The notes: a model not told the origin generated them from the sequence alone. Shown: positions 1 to 9,947, counted from the first letter of the stretch. The stretch: DNA of 64,000 bases from an uncultured Gemmatimonadales bacterium (GCA_963825055.1 CAWGSK010000012.1:448001-512000); one strand, 5' to 3'. Numbers and translations: made by a program.

Positions 1-2
1 AC

Positions 3-905
3 CTGAAGCCGAAGGACGTGGAGCGGATCGTCGAGTACCGGCTGTCGCCGTTGTACGTCTCGGTGCATGCGACCGATCCGGTCATGCGACGCTACCTGCT
101 CCGCAACCCGCTGGCGCCGGATATCCTCGAGCAGCTTCGCTACTTCGCCGGACACGGCATCGTGTTCCACACCCAGGTCGTCATGTCGCCTGGCGTCAAC
201 GATGGCGCGGTTCTCGAGCGCACGCTGTCGGATCTCTTCGGATTCGGCGATGCCGTGCTCAACGCGTCGGTCGTTCCCGTCGGGCTCACGGAGTTCAGCA
301 AGCACCACCTGTGTCGGGAGCCCACACGGGACGAGTGCGCGGCGGCGGTCGACCTGCTGGAGGTGTGGGGTGACAGGGCCCGGGCCGAGCGGGGCATGAC
401 GTGGGCCTTCGGCGCGGACGAACTGTACCTGCGCGCGGGGCGGGCATTGCCGCCGGCCGAGCACTACGACGGATTCGAGCAGGTGGAGAACGGGGTGGGA
501 TCCGTCCGGTTCCTCCAGGAACGGATCGCCGGGGCCGGCCCCATGCCGGGCTGGAACGGGCGCCGTATCGGCGTGCTCACCGGCACCTCGATGGCCGCCC
601 TGATGCCGCAGGTCCTGGAACCGCTGGCCCGGGTCACGGGTGCGATATTCCACCTCATTCCCCTCTCGAACACCCTGTTCGGCGAGAGCGTGACCTGCGC
701 AGGACTCCTGCCCGGCGCGGCCTTCCGTGTGGCGCTCGCCGGACGGCGGGACCTGGATCTCGCGCTCCTGCCCGGCGAGTGCCTGAACGACGACGGCCTC
801 TTCATGGATGACCTGAGCCTCGGCGACCTCGCCGCGACCGTCCCGGTGGAAGTCCGCCCTTCCCGCGACTTCGTGGACGCCCTGGGCTTCCCGGTTGCCG
901 CATGA
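3..905 (+). CDS. DUF512 / putative radical SAM (TIGR03279-like) protein, 5'-truncated by window edge
   Basis: Frame is open from position 3. Motifs LSPLYVSVHAT, PGVNDG, VVPVGLT, ADELYL and QVENGVG are typical of DUF512 proteins, which often precede der. Confidence 0.8.
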   Translation: MKPKDVERIVEYRLSPLYVSVHATDPVMRRYLLRNPLAPDILEQLRYFAGHGIVFHTQVVMSPGVNDGAVLERTLSDLFGFGDAVLNASVVPVGLTEFSKHHLCREPTRDECAAAVDLLEVWGDRARAERGMTWAFGADELYLRAGRALPPAEHYDGFEQVENGVGSVRFLQERIAGAGPMPGWNGRRIGVLTGTSMAALMPQVLEPLARVTGAIFHLIPLSNTLFGESVTCAGLLPGAAFRVALAGRRDLDLALLPGECLNDDGLFMDDLSLGDLAATVPVEVRPSRDFVDALGFPVAA

Positions 906-2224
906 GCAAACCCACCATCGCGATCATCGGTCGCCCGAACGTCGGCAAGTCCACCCTGTTCAACCGCCTGCTTGGCGGTCGGCGCGCAATCGTCTCCGAA
1001 CACCCGGGGACCACCCGGGACCGGCACTTCGGGGACGGCGAATGGAACGGGCGCGAGTTCTGGGTGGTGGACACCGGCGGCCTCCTGCCCGGCAGCCGCG
1101 AATCGATCGATATCGCCATCCGGGAGCAGGTCGAGATAGCGCTCCGGGAAGCGGATGTGATCCTTTTCGTCGTGGACGGGAAGGACGGGCCAACCGCGGT
1201 CGACCGGGAAATCGCCGCCCAGCTCCGCAAGACCAGCCTCCCGGTACTTCTCGCCGTCAACAAGCTGGACGACCTGCCACGGACCGACGATCATCTGGCG
1301 TTCTATGAGCTGGGAATCGGCGAGCCACACCAGGTCTCGGCCCAGGTAGGGAAGGGCAGCGGCGACCTGCTCGACGCCGTGGTGGCACAGCTGCCCGACG
1401 AGCCCGGTCCACCCGCGGAGGAACAGATCGACGTGGCGGTGGTCGGAAGGCCGAACGTCGGCAAGTCGTCGATCATCAACCGGCTCCTGGGCGCCGAGCG
1501 GCACGTGGTGGCTGCCGAGGCTGGTACCACAAGGGACGCGATCGATTCCCCCTTGCGGTATCACGACAAGGTGCTCAACTTCATTGATACCGCCGGTTTA
1601 CGAAAACGATCTAAAGTAGAAGATGACCTTGAGTTCTATTCGACCCTGCGGACACGCAGGGCAGTGGAGCGTGCCGAGGTATGCGTGCTGGTGGTGGACG
1701 CCAAGCTCGGTCTGCATACCCAGGACCTCCGCATTGCCAACGAGGCGTGGGACCGCGGGTGCGGCCTGATCATTGTGGTGAACAAGTGGGACCTGATCGA
1801 AGAGAAGGACGCGAATACCGCAAGCCGGGGCGAGACGATGTTGAAGGAGAAGGCCCCTTTCCTTCGCTGGGTCCCGTTCATCTATGTCTCGGCCCTCACG
1901 GGGCAGCGGGTCCGGCAGGTGCTGGACGTCATCCTGCAGGTGGCAGAGGCGCGGCACCGGCGGGTGCCTACGGCGGAGGTGAACCGGGTGCTCGAGGCCA
2001 TGCTGCAGCATGCAGCGCCACCGCAGAAAGCGGGTGAGGAAGTGAAACTCTTCTACGCGAGCCAGATCGGCACGACGCCGCCGGCCTTTGCCATTGTCAG
2101 CAACCGGCCGAAGGACATCCCGGAGAGCTACCAGCGGTACATCCTCAACGGTTTCCGCGACGCGTGGTCGTTCGAGGGAGTGCCGGTCCGGCTCAAGCTG
2201 CGCCAGCGGAGCGCGCGCCGGTGA
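902..2224 (+). CDS. der: ribosome biogenesis GTPase Der (EngA)
   Basis: Two tandem GTPase domains (GRPNVGKS twice, DTGG/DTAG, NKLD/NKWD) and a C-terminal KH-like domain; ATGA overlap with the previous stop. Confidence 0.97.
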   Translation: MSKPTIAIIGRPNVGKSTLFNRLLGGRRAIVSEHPGTTRDRHFGDGEWNGREFWVVDTGGLLPGSRESIDIAIREQVEIALREADVILFVVDGKDGPTAVDREIAAQLRKTSLPVLLAVNKLDDLPRTDDHLAFYELGIGEPHQVSAQVGKGSGDLLDAVVAQLPDEPGPPAEEQIDVAVVGRPNVGKSSIINRLLGAERHVVAAEAGTTRDAIDSPLRYHDKVLNFIDTAGLRKRSKVEDDLEFYSTLRTRRAVERAEVCVLVVDAKLGLHTQDLRIANEAWDRGCGLIIVVNKWDLIEEKDANTASRGETMLKEKAPFLRWVPFIYVSALTGQRVRQVLDVILQVAEARHRRVPTAEVNRVLEAMLQHAAPPQKAGEEVKLFYASQIGTTPPAFAIVSNRPKDIPESYQRYILNGFRDAWSFEGVPVRLKLRQRSARR

Positions 2225-2838
2225 TCGCCCCGGCGGCAGGCTGGCTCCTGGCGTCCTACTTCCTGGGCGCCATTCCCACGAGCTACCTTGCCGCGCGGCT
2301 CATTGGCGGCGTCGACCTGCGGAAGCAGGGAAGCGGCAACCTGGGCGCGACGAACCTCTACCGTACGCTGGGGTGGCGTTACGCGGTCCCGGTCGGACTC
2401 TTCGACATCGCCAAGGGAGCAATTCCGGTCTGGCTCTTCGGCCCCGAGGTCCCGGGCATCGCGCTGTTTCCCCTGTTCTGCGGACTGGCCGCGGTGGTAG
2501 GCCATGTCTTCAGCGTTTTTGTCGGCTTCAAGGGTGGCAAGGGCGTGGCTACAGCCTCGGGCGTCGTCCTTGGACTGGCCCCGGTGGCCTTCCTGGCAGT
2601 GGCGGCAGTCTTCGCCGCGGTGGTGTGGGCGACGGGCTACGTCTCCCTGGGGAGCATCACGGCGGCGGCGCTCTTCCCGCTGTTGGCGTGGCTATTGTCC
2701 GGCGCCCGCGGCGCGGTGCTGGTCATCGAGATCGCGCTCTGCGCCTTCCTGATCTGGAAGCATCGAACCAACATCAGGCGCCTGCTGCAGGGCACCGAGA
2801 ACCGGTTCCGCACCCGCCACCATGAGGGCACGGCGTGA
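2221..2838 (+). CDS. plsY: glycerol-3-phosphate acyltransferase PlsY
   Basis: GSGNLGATN, FKGGKGVAT and HRTNIRRL motifs; GTG start overlaps the der stop (GTGA). Confidence 0.95.
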   Translation: MIAPAAGWLLASYFLGAIPTSYLAARLIGGVDLRKQGSGNLGATNLYRTLGWRYAVPVGLFDIAKGAIPVWLFGPEVPGIALFPLFCGLAAVVGHVFSVFVGFKGGKGVATASGVVLGLAPVAFLAVAAVFAAVVWATGYVSLGSITAAALFPLLAWLLSGARGAVLVIEIALCAFLIWKHRTNIRRLLQGTENRFRTRHHEGTA

Positions 2839-3836
2839 CGACCGTCGCCGTGCTGGGAGCGGGAAGCTGGGGCACCACCCTGGCCAACCTGCTGGCCAGG
2901 AAAGGGGAAGCAGACGTCCGGCTCTGGGCGTACGAGGCCGAGGTCGCCGAGAGCATCAATGCAGGCCGGGGCAATGCACTGTTCCTGCCCGGCGTGGCGT
3001 TGAGCGAACGGCTTCGGGCATCGAGTGATGCGGCGGACACCGTCCGCGGCGCGGACCTGATCCTGAGCGTGATCCCGAGCCACGCCGTTCGCAGCGTGAC
3101 GGCCGGACTCGGCAAGGCGGTGTCTCCGGGTACGCTCGTGGTGAGTGCCACCAAGGGCATCGAGGCGGAGAGCCTGAAACTCATGAGCGAGGTGCTTGCC
3201 GAGACGCTCGACCGTCCCGAGGTAGCCATCCTCTCCGGGCCGAGCTTTGCGGAGGAAGTCTGCCGGGACGAGCCGACCGCAGTGGTGGCAGCGGCCGCCG
3301 GCGTCGCCACCGCGAGCCGGGTGCAGGACGTCTTTACCACGCCGGCCTTCCGGGTGTACTCAAACCAGGACCCGGTCGGCGTCCAGCTCGGTGGTGCGCT
3401 CAAGAACATCATCGCCATCGCGGCCGGCATGCTCGAAGGGCTCGGGCTGGGCAACAACCCGCGCGCCGCGCTGGTGACTCGCGGCCTGGCCGAGATCACC
3501 CGCATTGGGGTCGCGATGGGGGCCGAGCCCATGACCTTTGCCGGCCTGGCGGGACTCGGCGACCTCCTGTTGACGACGTGTGGCGCGCTGAGCCGGAACC
3601 GTGCCCTGGGTGTGGCACTCGCGGAAGGACAGGATTTCGAGCAGTACACCGCAGCCCACCGCACCGTTGCCGAGGGTGCCTACACGGCCCGCGCGGCGGT
3701 GGCCCTCGCCCGGAAGATGGGAGTGGAGATGCCGATCACCGAACAGGTCCACGCCGTGCTCTATGAAGGCCAGTCGCCGCGCAGGGCGCTGGGTGAACTG
3801 ATGGAGCGCGCGCCGAGACCGGAGCAATGGTCATGA
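2835..3836 (+). CDS. gpsA: NAD(P)H-dependent glycerol-3-phosphate dehydrogenase
   Basis: GAGSWG, SGPSFA, GGALKN, GLGDL and SRN motifs; der-plsY-gpsA synteny. Confidence 0.96.
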   Translation: MTTVAVLGAGSWGTTLANLLARKGEADVRLWAYEAEVAESINAGRGNALFLPGVALSERLRASSDAADTVRGADLILSVIPSHAVRSVTAGLGKAVSPGTLVVSATKGIEAESLKLMSEVLAETLDRPEVAILSGPSFAEEVCRDEPTAVVAAAAGVATASRVQDVFTTPAFRVYSNQDPVGVQLGGALKNIIAIAAGMLEGLGLGNNPRAALVTRGLAEITRIGVAMGAEPMTFAGLAGLGDLLLTTCGALSRNRALGVALAEGQDFEQYTAAHRTVAEGAYTARAAVALARKMGVEMPITEQVHAVLYEGQSPRRALGELMERAPRPEQWS

Positions 3837-4207
3837 CCGCGGCCCGACCGACCCAGGAGTTCTTTTCCATCGGAGAGGTGTGCGCCCTGACGGAACTGAA
3901 GCCGCATGTGCTGCGGTACTGGGAAAGCCAGTTCCGGTTCCTGAACCCCGCCAAGAACCGGTCAGGCAACCGGGTCTACAAGAGTCGGGAAGTCGAACTC
4001 ATCATGCTGGTCAAGCACCTTCTCTATACGGAGAAATACACAATCGAAGGGGCCCGCCAGCGGATTGAGCATTTCCGTCGCACCGGGGAACTCCGCGGGG
4101 CGGCACACCAGGCGCTGGGCCGCGAGACGATCCGGGAGCTGCAGGATGCGCTCGAGGAGGTCCGGGTCATCCTCGAGGGCGGGAACAGGAAACGGAAGAA
4201 GTCCTAG
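3833..4207 (+). CDS. MerR-family HTH transcriptional regulator
   Basis: FSIGEV..LKPHVLRYWE..GNRVY MerR HTH. ATG 3833 overlaps the gpsA stop; 3827 is an alternative start. Confidence 0.9.
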   Translation: MTAARPTQEFFSIGEVCALTELKPHVLRYWESQFRFLNPAKNRSGNRVYKSREVELIMLVKHLLYTEKYTIEGARQRIEHFRRTGELRGAAHQALGRETIRELQDALEEVRVILEGGNRKRKKS

Positions 4208-4229
4208 CCCCGGGATTATCTTTGGCCTC

Positions 4230-5012
4230 ATGACCGCCACCCCTGCACCTGACGGCGCCCGTCCGCCCATCCTCGTCAGCAACGATGACGGCATCATGGC
4301 ACCGGGGCTTGGCCTCCTCGCGGCGGCGTGCCAGCAGGTCGGGCGCGTGACGGTGGTGGCCCCCGACCGCGAACAGAGCGGGACCGCGCACTCGCTCACC
4401 CTGCACCTCCCGCTCCGCGCGATGCGGCGGCCCGATGGCGCCTTCCAGGTTGACGGAACCCCCACCGACTGCGTGCTGCTCGCGTTCGGGGCCTTGCTCC
4501 CGGAAAAGCCTGCCTTCGTGTTCAGTGGTGTGAACCACGGTCCCAACATGGGTGAAGACGTGCTCTACTCCGGCACGGTCAGCGTGGCGATGGAAGCGGT
4601 CACGCTCGGGGTGCCGGGGATCGGCGTCAGTTTCGCGGGGCGCGACCCCGAGCTCATGAACACGTATGGGGAATGGCTCACCCGGCTCGTCCGGCAGATC
4701 ACCAGCGTCCGGGATTTCCCGGCCGACACCCTGCTCAACATCAACCTTCCCGCGATTCCGGCCAGCGAGGTTCGCGGCGTCAAGGTGACACACCTGGGGA
4801 GCCGGTACTTCTCGGAGTCGCTGACCCGGATGCAGGACCCATGGGGACGCGAGATTTTCTGGATCGGCGGCGGCACGATCACCTGGACCGGCGGAGAGGA
4901 CAGTGACCACGCGGCCGTAGCCGAGGGGTACATTTCGGTGACGCCGTTGCACATGGACCTGACCAACTACAAGCTCATGGAAACGGTACGCGGATGGAAT
5001 CTCGACGCGTAG
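4230..5012 (+). CDS. surE: 5'/3'-nucleotidase SurE
   Basis: SNDDG, GTPTDCV, SGVNHGPNMG and YSGTV motifs. Start placed at ATG 4230 rather than the track's 4065. Confidence 0.95.
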   Translation: MTATPAPDGARPPILVSNDDGIMAPGLGLLAAACQQVGRVTVVAPDREQSGTAHSLTLHLPLRAMRRPDGAFQVDGTPTDCVLLAFGALLPEKPAFVFSGVNHGPNMGEDVLYSGTVSVAMEAVTLGVPGIGVSFAGRDPELMNTYGEWLTRLVRQITSVRDFPADTLLNINLPAIPASEVRGVKVTHLGSRYFSESLTRMQDPWGREIFWIGGGTITWTGGEDSDHAAVAEGYISVTPLHMDLTNYKLMETVRGWNLDA

Positions 5013-5695
5013 GACCGCCGGGCCACGGCGACGGTTACGGCGGCTACCGGAGCCAACTGGTGGAGACGCTCCAGGCCAAGGGCATCCGCAGCCTGCCTCT
5101 CCTGCAGGCGATTTCGGAAGTCCCCCGGCACCTGTTCGTGCCGGAGAGCGTCCGGCACCGGGCCTATGAGGATAGCGCGCTTCCGATCGGGCAGGGGCAG
5201 ACGATCAGCCAGCCCTTCGTCCAGGCGCGCTCCATCGAAGCGGCCCGGCTGACCGGGGATGAGAAAGTACTGGAGGTCGGGACCGGGTCGGGCTACCAGA
5301 CCGCCCTGCTGGCGCGGCTGGCAAGCGTGGTGTTTTCGGTCGAGCGGATCTCGTCGCTGGCGACCCGGGGACGGGCCGCGCTTGAGGAAGCCGGCATCCG
5401 GAACGTTTCCGTCATGGTGGGGGATGGCACCCTCGGCTGGCGACCGTATGCCCCGTATGACGTGATCGTCGTGTCCGCCGCCTCGCCCGGCGTTCCGGAA
5501 CCACTGGCGGAACAGCTGGCCATCGGCGGCCGGCTGATCATCCCGATCGGGGACCGGGAGTCACAGATCCTGATGCTGTACGAGAAGGATGACCAGGGGG
5601 TCATGTCGGAAGGGCGGCAGGTCAACGATGTCCGCTTCGTGCCCCTGCTCGGCCAGTTCGGGTTCCAGCCATCCCCGGAGAATCATGCTCTCTGA
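4994..5695 (+). CDS. pcm: protein-L-isoaspartate O-methyltransferase
   Basis: VPRHLF, GQTISQP, VLEVGTGSGYQ, GDGTLG and RFVPL motifs; surE-pcm synteny. Confidence 0.95.
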   Translation: MESRRVGPPGHGDGYGGYRSQLVETLQAKGIRSLPLLQAISEVPRHLFVPESVRHRAYEDSALPIGQGQTISQPFVQARSIEAARLTGDEKVLEVGTGSGYQTALLARLASVVFSVERISSLATRGRAALEEAGIRNVSVMVGDGTLGWRPYAPYDVIVVSAASPGVPEPLAEQLAIGGRLIIPIGDRESQILMLYEKDDQGVMSEGRQVNDVRFVPLLGQFGFQPSPENHAL

Positions 5696-6308
5696 CCTGG
5701 TCCACCGGCTGACCGAAGCGATCTTCACCCTCGGCTACCCGGGTATCGCCGCGCTGATGTTCATCGAGTCGTCATTCATCCCCTTTCCGAGCGAACTGGT
5801 CCTGCCTCCGGCGGGCTATCTGGCGGCGCAGGGACGGATGAGCATTCCGCTCGCCTTTCTCGCCGGCATTACCGGAAGCCTGCTCGGTGCGCTCTTCAAT
5901 TACTATGTCGCCGTCTACGTCGGGGAGCCCTTCCTCCGGCGTTACGGCAAGTACTTCTTCGTGAAACCGCAGGCGCTCGACAAGGCCGAGGCCTTCTTCC
6001 GCCGCCATGGGGAAATCGGGACCTTCATCGGCCGGCTGGTGCCGGTCGTGCGTCAGCTGATTTCTGTCCCGGCTGGCCTGGCCCGGATGCATCTTGGCCG
6101 TTTCCTTTTCTATACGGGCCTCGGGGCAGGGGTCTGGTGCGCCGTGTTGCTCTACATCGGGTGGCTCCTGGGCCGGCATGAGGCTGTGTTGCGCGAGGCT
6201 GCGGTCGCGGCCTATACCAACCGGGCCCTGATGTACCTGCTGCCCGCCATGCTGCTGATCATCGGCCTGTACGTGCTCGCGCAGCGGAGGCGGAAGGCGG
6301 TGGAGTGA
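5685..6308 (+). CDS. DedA family membrane protein
   Basis: ESSFIPFPSE and GRLVPVVRQLISVPAG DedA motifs; ATG 5685 follows GGAG. Confidence 0.9.
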   Translation: MLSDLVHRLTEAIFTLGYPGIAALMFIESSFIPFPSELVLPPAGYLAAQGRMSIPLAFLAGITGSLLGALFNYYVAVYVGEPFLRRYGKYFFVKPQALDKAEAFFRRHGEIGTFIGRLVPVVRQLISVPAGLARMHLGRFLFYTGLGAGVWCAVLLYIGWLLGRHEAVLREAAVAAYTNRALMYLLPAMLLIIGLYVLAQRRRKAVE

Positions 6309-6580
6309 AGACGGTCCGCTACCTGGTCTCCGGCCGTGTGCAGGGGGTCGGATTCCGGTGGTTCGTCAGGCTGAGCGCCGAAGAAACCGGCGTTTTCGGG
6401 TACGCCAGGAATCTCCGGGACGGACGGGTCGAAGTGGTCGGTCAGGGAACCGAGGCAAACCTGCTGCAGTTCGAGGCCCGTCTGCGTGAAGGCCCGCCGC
6501 TCTCCCATGTTGATAACGTGGGAAAGTCCGATATCCTGCCTGAGTATGACACGTTTAACTCATTTGATATCAGGCACTAA
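6305..6580 (+). CDS. acyP: acylphosphatase
   Basis: VSGRVQGVGFR signature and GYARNLRDGRVEV. Confidence 0.93.
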   Translation: MKTVRYLVSGRVQGVGFRWFVRLSAEETGVFGYARNLRDGRVEVVGQGTEANLLQFEARLREGPPLSHVDNVGKSDILPEYDTFNSFDIRH

Positions 6581-6615
6581 TGCCTGTGATACAATCCATA
6601 ACATGAGGTAGGACG

Positions 6616-7137
6616 ATTTCAGCAAATCAATGGAAGGAACTGATCAGGGTTGTTCCGGACTACCCCTCTCCCGGAGTGATGTTTCAGGACATCACTCCGG
6701 TTCTGGCGGATGCCGCCGCCCTGGCGGAGGTCATCGGGGCCCTCGCGGAAGAGTTCTGGGACCAGGACGTGACCCGGGTGGCGGGGATCGAGGCCAGGGG
6801 GCTCATTCTCGGGGCCGCAGTGGCCGTGGAACTCGGCGTCGGGTTCGTCCCGCTGAGGAAGGCCGGGCGGCTCCCGTGGAAGACCCTCCGGGAGGCGTAT
6901 GCCCTGGAGTACGGCAACGATGCGCTTGAGCTGCATGTCGATGTGCTGGACGTGGACGACCGGGTGCTGATCGTGGATGACGTCCTGGCGACCGGGGGGA
7001 CCGCCCGGGCCGCTGGAGCGCTCGTTCGCCGGGCCGGAGCCGAAGTGGTGGGATGGACCTTCCTCCTCGCCATTGCCGGACTGAAGGGCCGTGAGCAGCT
7101 TACCGGGGCCCCGGTGTCGGTGCTGCATTCGGTGTAG
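6616..7137 (+). CDS. apt: adenine phosphoribosyltransferase (start uncertain: ATT 6616 proposed, track start 6676)
   Basis: GIEARG, LRKAG, LEYG and VDDVLATGGT. The conserved N-terminus LIRVVPDYPSPG lies in frame upstream of 6676. Confidence 0.9.
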   Translation: MSANQWKELIRVVPDYPSPGVMFQDITPVLADAAALAEVIGALAEEFWDQDVTRVAGIEARGLILGAAVAVELGVGFVPLRKAGRLPWKTLREAYALEYGNDALELHVDVLDVDDRVLIVDDVLATGGTARAAGALVRRAGAEVVGWTFLLAIAGLKGREQLTGAPVSVLHSV

Positions 7138-7211
7138 GGTCGAAGGTCGAGGCGTCGAACGGGGCGGTTGACCCGGGGACGGGGCCTTCCCTTATTTCCG
7201 CTGCCTTCTGC

Positions 7212-7285
7212 GCCCCCGTAGCTCAGCTGGATAGAGCAGCAGTTTCCTAAACTGTTGGCCGCAGGTTCGAGTCCTGCCGGGGGCA
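7212..7285 (+). tRNA. tRNA-Arg(CCT)
   Basis: Acceptor stem GCCCCCG/CGGGGGC, D arm, anticodon loop TT-CCT-AA, T arm GCAGG-TTCGAGT-CCTGC; CCA not encoded. Confidence 0.96.
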
Positions 7286-7395
7286 TCCCTCCCACAACCG
7301 ACTGCATCACGCGCCTGGCGCGGCCATTCCTGGACTCTCCCTTCTCCTCCTGCGCCTGTTGCTGGAGGTGGAGCGCTGGCGGTCGTCTGATGCCT

Positions 7396-7432
7396 GAAAC
7401 AGAGGCGGCGCCCGGCCTGGCCGGGCGCCGCC
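7396..7432 (-). terminator. intrinsic terminator downstream of the subtilase
   Basis: Perfect 13-bp stem (7404-7416/7420-7432) followed on the - strand by TCTGTTTC. Confidence 0.7.
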
Positions 7433-7454
7433 CTACCGTCGTGAGGAGCCGGGA

Positions 7455-8765
7455 TCAGTTGTTGCCTGAGAGCGAACCACCGGTGACGGCCCGGTAACTG
7501 TTGAGGCGTCCGTTGCCGAACGTCTGGTCGTAGCCGGCCGGGCCGAGATTATCCGTGGTCGACTCGATCCGGCTGCGGAGTGCGGACCCGCGCAATCCGG
7601 TTTTGGAGGCCACGATGCCCGCGGTTCCGGTCACCTGCGGCGCGGCCATGGACGTGCCCTGGAAATACGCATACCCGCCGATGACCGAGCTGTAGATCCC
7701 GGATTCCTCGCTGGTGTTGCTGTACATCTCACCGCCGGGAGCGGTGATGTCGAGCCCCGGTCCCCAGTTCGAGTAGTACGTCAGCGCGTCCTGCCAGTTG
7801 CTCGCGGCAACCGAAATGGCGAGCGGGTCGCAGGCCGGGCAGCTTACCGTGCCGGTCCCATCGTTGCCCGCGGACGCAATCACGAGCATACCTTTCGTGT
7901 TGACGGCGTACTGGATCGCGCTCTTTTCCGCGTTCGACTCGCTGCTGCCTCCAAGGCTCAGGTTCATTGCCACCAGGCCCGGGTAATCGGCCGCGGCCCG
8001 GATGGCACTCGCAATATCCGCGCTGGGGCAGCCACGGCGGCCGCAGACCTTCTGGACGTACACCCTGACGTTCGTGCCCGCGCCGGAGACGCCGGCGATG
8101 CCGACCGTCTGTCCGGCCATGGTTCCGGTCGTATGGGTTCCATGGTCCTCGTCATCCGACGGATCGCTGTCGTTGTTGTACCAGTCCTGTCCTGCGATCA
8201 ACTGGCCGGGGGCGAACTCCGGGTGAGTGAAGTCAACGCCAGTGTCGATGCTGCCAAGGACGACCGGCGCGCCACCGGCGGCGTATCCCTCCACGTTGTC
8301 CTCGTCGGCGTCGGCGGTCGAAAAGTATGAACTCACGACCTGACCCCTGGTCTTGCCCCGGGTAAAGCGGATGGACAGACCTCCCGGGTTGTAGAAGGCC
8401 CACATCTCGGGCCGGATCGTGGTCACCTGGCGGAGATAATTGGGCTCGGCGTAGGCGACTCTCGCGTCCCGGGCGAGACGTGCGGCCATCGCCCGTTCGG
8501 CGCCAGCTGCACCACGCATGACGACGAAGGCATCACCGTAGCCATGGCGTCCTACCGCCAGTCCGTGGGTGCTGGCCACCGATGCCGCGTCGGCGCCCCG
8601 GACCAGCGAAACGACCAGCTCACCGGGCACGACCTGCTCGGGCCCACGATTGAGCGCCAGCGGCTGGCCGGCCGCCGCACTGGCGAGGGAGGGCTCGGAA
8701 GGGGAACGCGACTCGCCACACGCGGCCACTGTGAGCGCGGCTACCGTCAGCAGAAGACGACGCAT
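7455..8765 (-). CDS. S8 (subtilisin-like) serine peptidase, lipoprotein
   Basis: Catalytic motifs IDTG, HGTH and GTSMAAP, oxyanion motif SAGN, lipobox VAAC; ATG 8765 follows GGAGA. Confidence 0.92.
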   Translation of the reverse strand: MRRLLLTVAALTVAACGESRSPSEPSLASAAAGQPLALNRGPEQVVPGELVVSLVRGADAASVASTHGLAVGRHGYGDAFVVMRGAAGAERAMAARLARDARVAYAEPNYLRQVTTIRPEMWAFYNPGGLSIRFTRGKTRGQVVSSYFSTADADEDNVEGYAAGGAPVVLGSIDTGVDFTHPEFAPGQLIAGQDWYNNDSDPSDDEDHGTHTTGTMAGQTVGIAGVSGAGTNVRVYVQKVCGRRGCPSADIASAIRAAADYPGLVAMNLSLGGSSESNAEKSAIQYAVNTKGMLVIASAGNDGTGTVSCPACDPLAISVAASNWQDALTYYSNWGPGLDITAPGGEMYSNTSEESGIYSSVIGGYAYFQGTSMAAPQVTGTAGIVASKTGLRGSALRSRIESTTDNLGPAGYDQTFGNGRLNSYRAVTGGSLSGNN

Positions 8766-9042
8766 GAATGTGTCTCCATTCTCAATGGGCCAGACGCAGA
8801 AGCCTGCATGCCTGGCTTGGGCCGGAAAGGGGCCGGAGTGGGTCAGGGGAGGACCCGGGGAAGGCGACGTTACCGGCTCCATGATCGCGCGCGGCGGGTG
8901 GGACGTCAAGAGGTCCGCGGGCTCTGTCCGCCGTGCCGGGGCGCTGGCGAGCAGTCCCTCCCGGGGTAGCGCCCCCGGGGGTGGGTGTTTACCCTTACAG
9001 CGCGGTTTTCAGGGCAGTGATGGCCTTCCTCGAGACAATTTC

Positions 9043-9711
9043 ATGGCGACGACCTTGCAAGAACGCGTAACGACCGACACGAAAGACGAGACCTACCGTG
9101 GGACCATGGCCTGGATCCTGGAGAAGCGCCGCATACTGCTTGGCGCCGCTGCCGTGGTCGTGGTGGTCCTGCTTGGCGTGTGGTTCTTCACCACGGCCAC
9201 GCGGCGGAAGGAGGCTTTCGCCATGCAGGCGCTCTCCAACGCCCGATCCACGGCCGAGTCAGGTAACCTCCCGCAGGCCTCCACCCAGCTTCAGCAGGTG
9301 ATCTCGACTTATCCAGGGACGGACGCTGCCCATGAGGCGGAACTGTCCCTGAATCAGGTCCGGCTGATCAATAACCAGGCTGAACTGGCCGTGGTGCGGC
9401 TCCGCGAGTTCGTGAGTTCGAACCCCGGGACCCGGTATGTGATGGCAGGGAACGCACTTCTTGGCGCCGCCCTCGAGAATACGGGAAAGGCGAAGGAAGC
9501 CGCGGACGCCTACGAGGCAGCGGCATCCGCGGCCGACGTGGGCTACCTGAAGGCCGGCTACCTGATCGAAGCCGCAAGGGCCTGGGAGGATGCGGGCCAG
9601 AAGGACACGGCCGTCGCCACGCTCCGGAGGGTGGTTGAGAAATACCCGGACACCGACAAGTTCACCGAGGCTCAGATTCGCCTGGCCGAGCTGACCGGCG
9701 GGCGCATGTAG
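9043..9711 (+). CDS. membrane-anchored TPR protein (YfgM-like)
   Basis: One N-terminal TM helix followed by TPR-like helices (YPGTDAA, YPDT). Confidence 0.75.
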   Translation: MATTLQERVTTDTKDETYRGTMAWILEKRRILLGAAAVVVVVLLGVWFFTTATRRKEAFAMQALSNARSTAESGNLPQASTQLQQVISTYPGTDAAHEAELSLNQVRLINNQAELAVVRLREFVSSNPGTRYVMAGNALLGAALENTGKAKEAADAYEAAASAADVGYLKAGYLIEAARAWEDAGQKDTAVATLRRVVEKYPDTDKFTEAQIRLAELTGGRM

Positions 9712-9740
9712 GAACGGCCTGATCTCGGCCCTGATCGACC

Positions 9741-9768
9741 AGCCCGGCCACCTTGGCCGGGCTTTTTT
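9741..9768 (+). terminator. intrinsic terminator
   Basis: AGCCCGGCCA-cct-TGGCCGGGCT hairpin followed by a T tract. Confidence 0.85.
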
Positions 9769-9947
9769 CGCTCCAGGCCGAGGCGGTTGTGGCCGGGATC
9801 CCGCGCAAACTCGCCCCCAGGGTGGCTGGAACCCTTACACCGATCCTGCGGGGCGTATCCGGGATGGCGTTGTCCTGTAGCGTTGCCGCAGGGCAGAGAT
9901 CCTGGCCGTTTTTGAGGCGCCATCAACACGCCACTGCCTTAACATCT

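Noticed and set aside
7212..8765. Integrative element at tRNA-Arg carrying the subtilase
   Set aside because: No integrase and no duplicated tRNA 3' end were seen.
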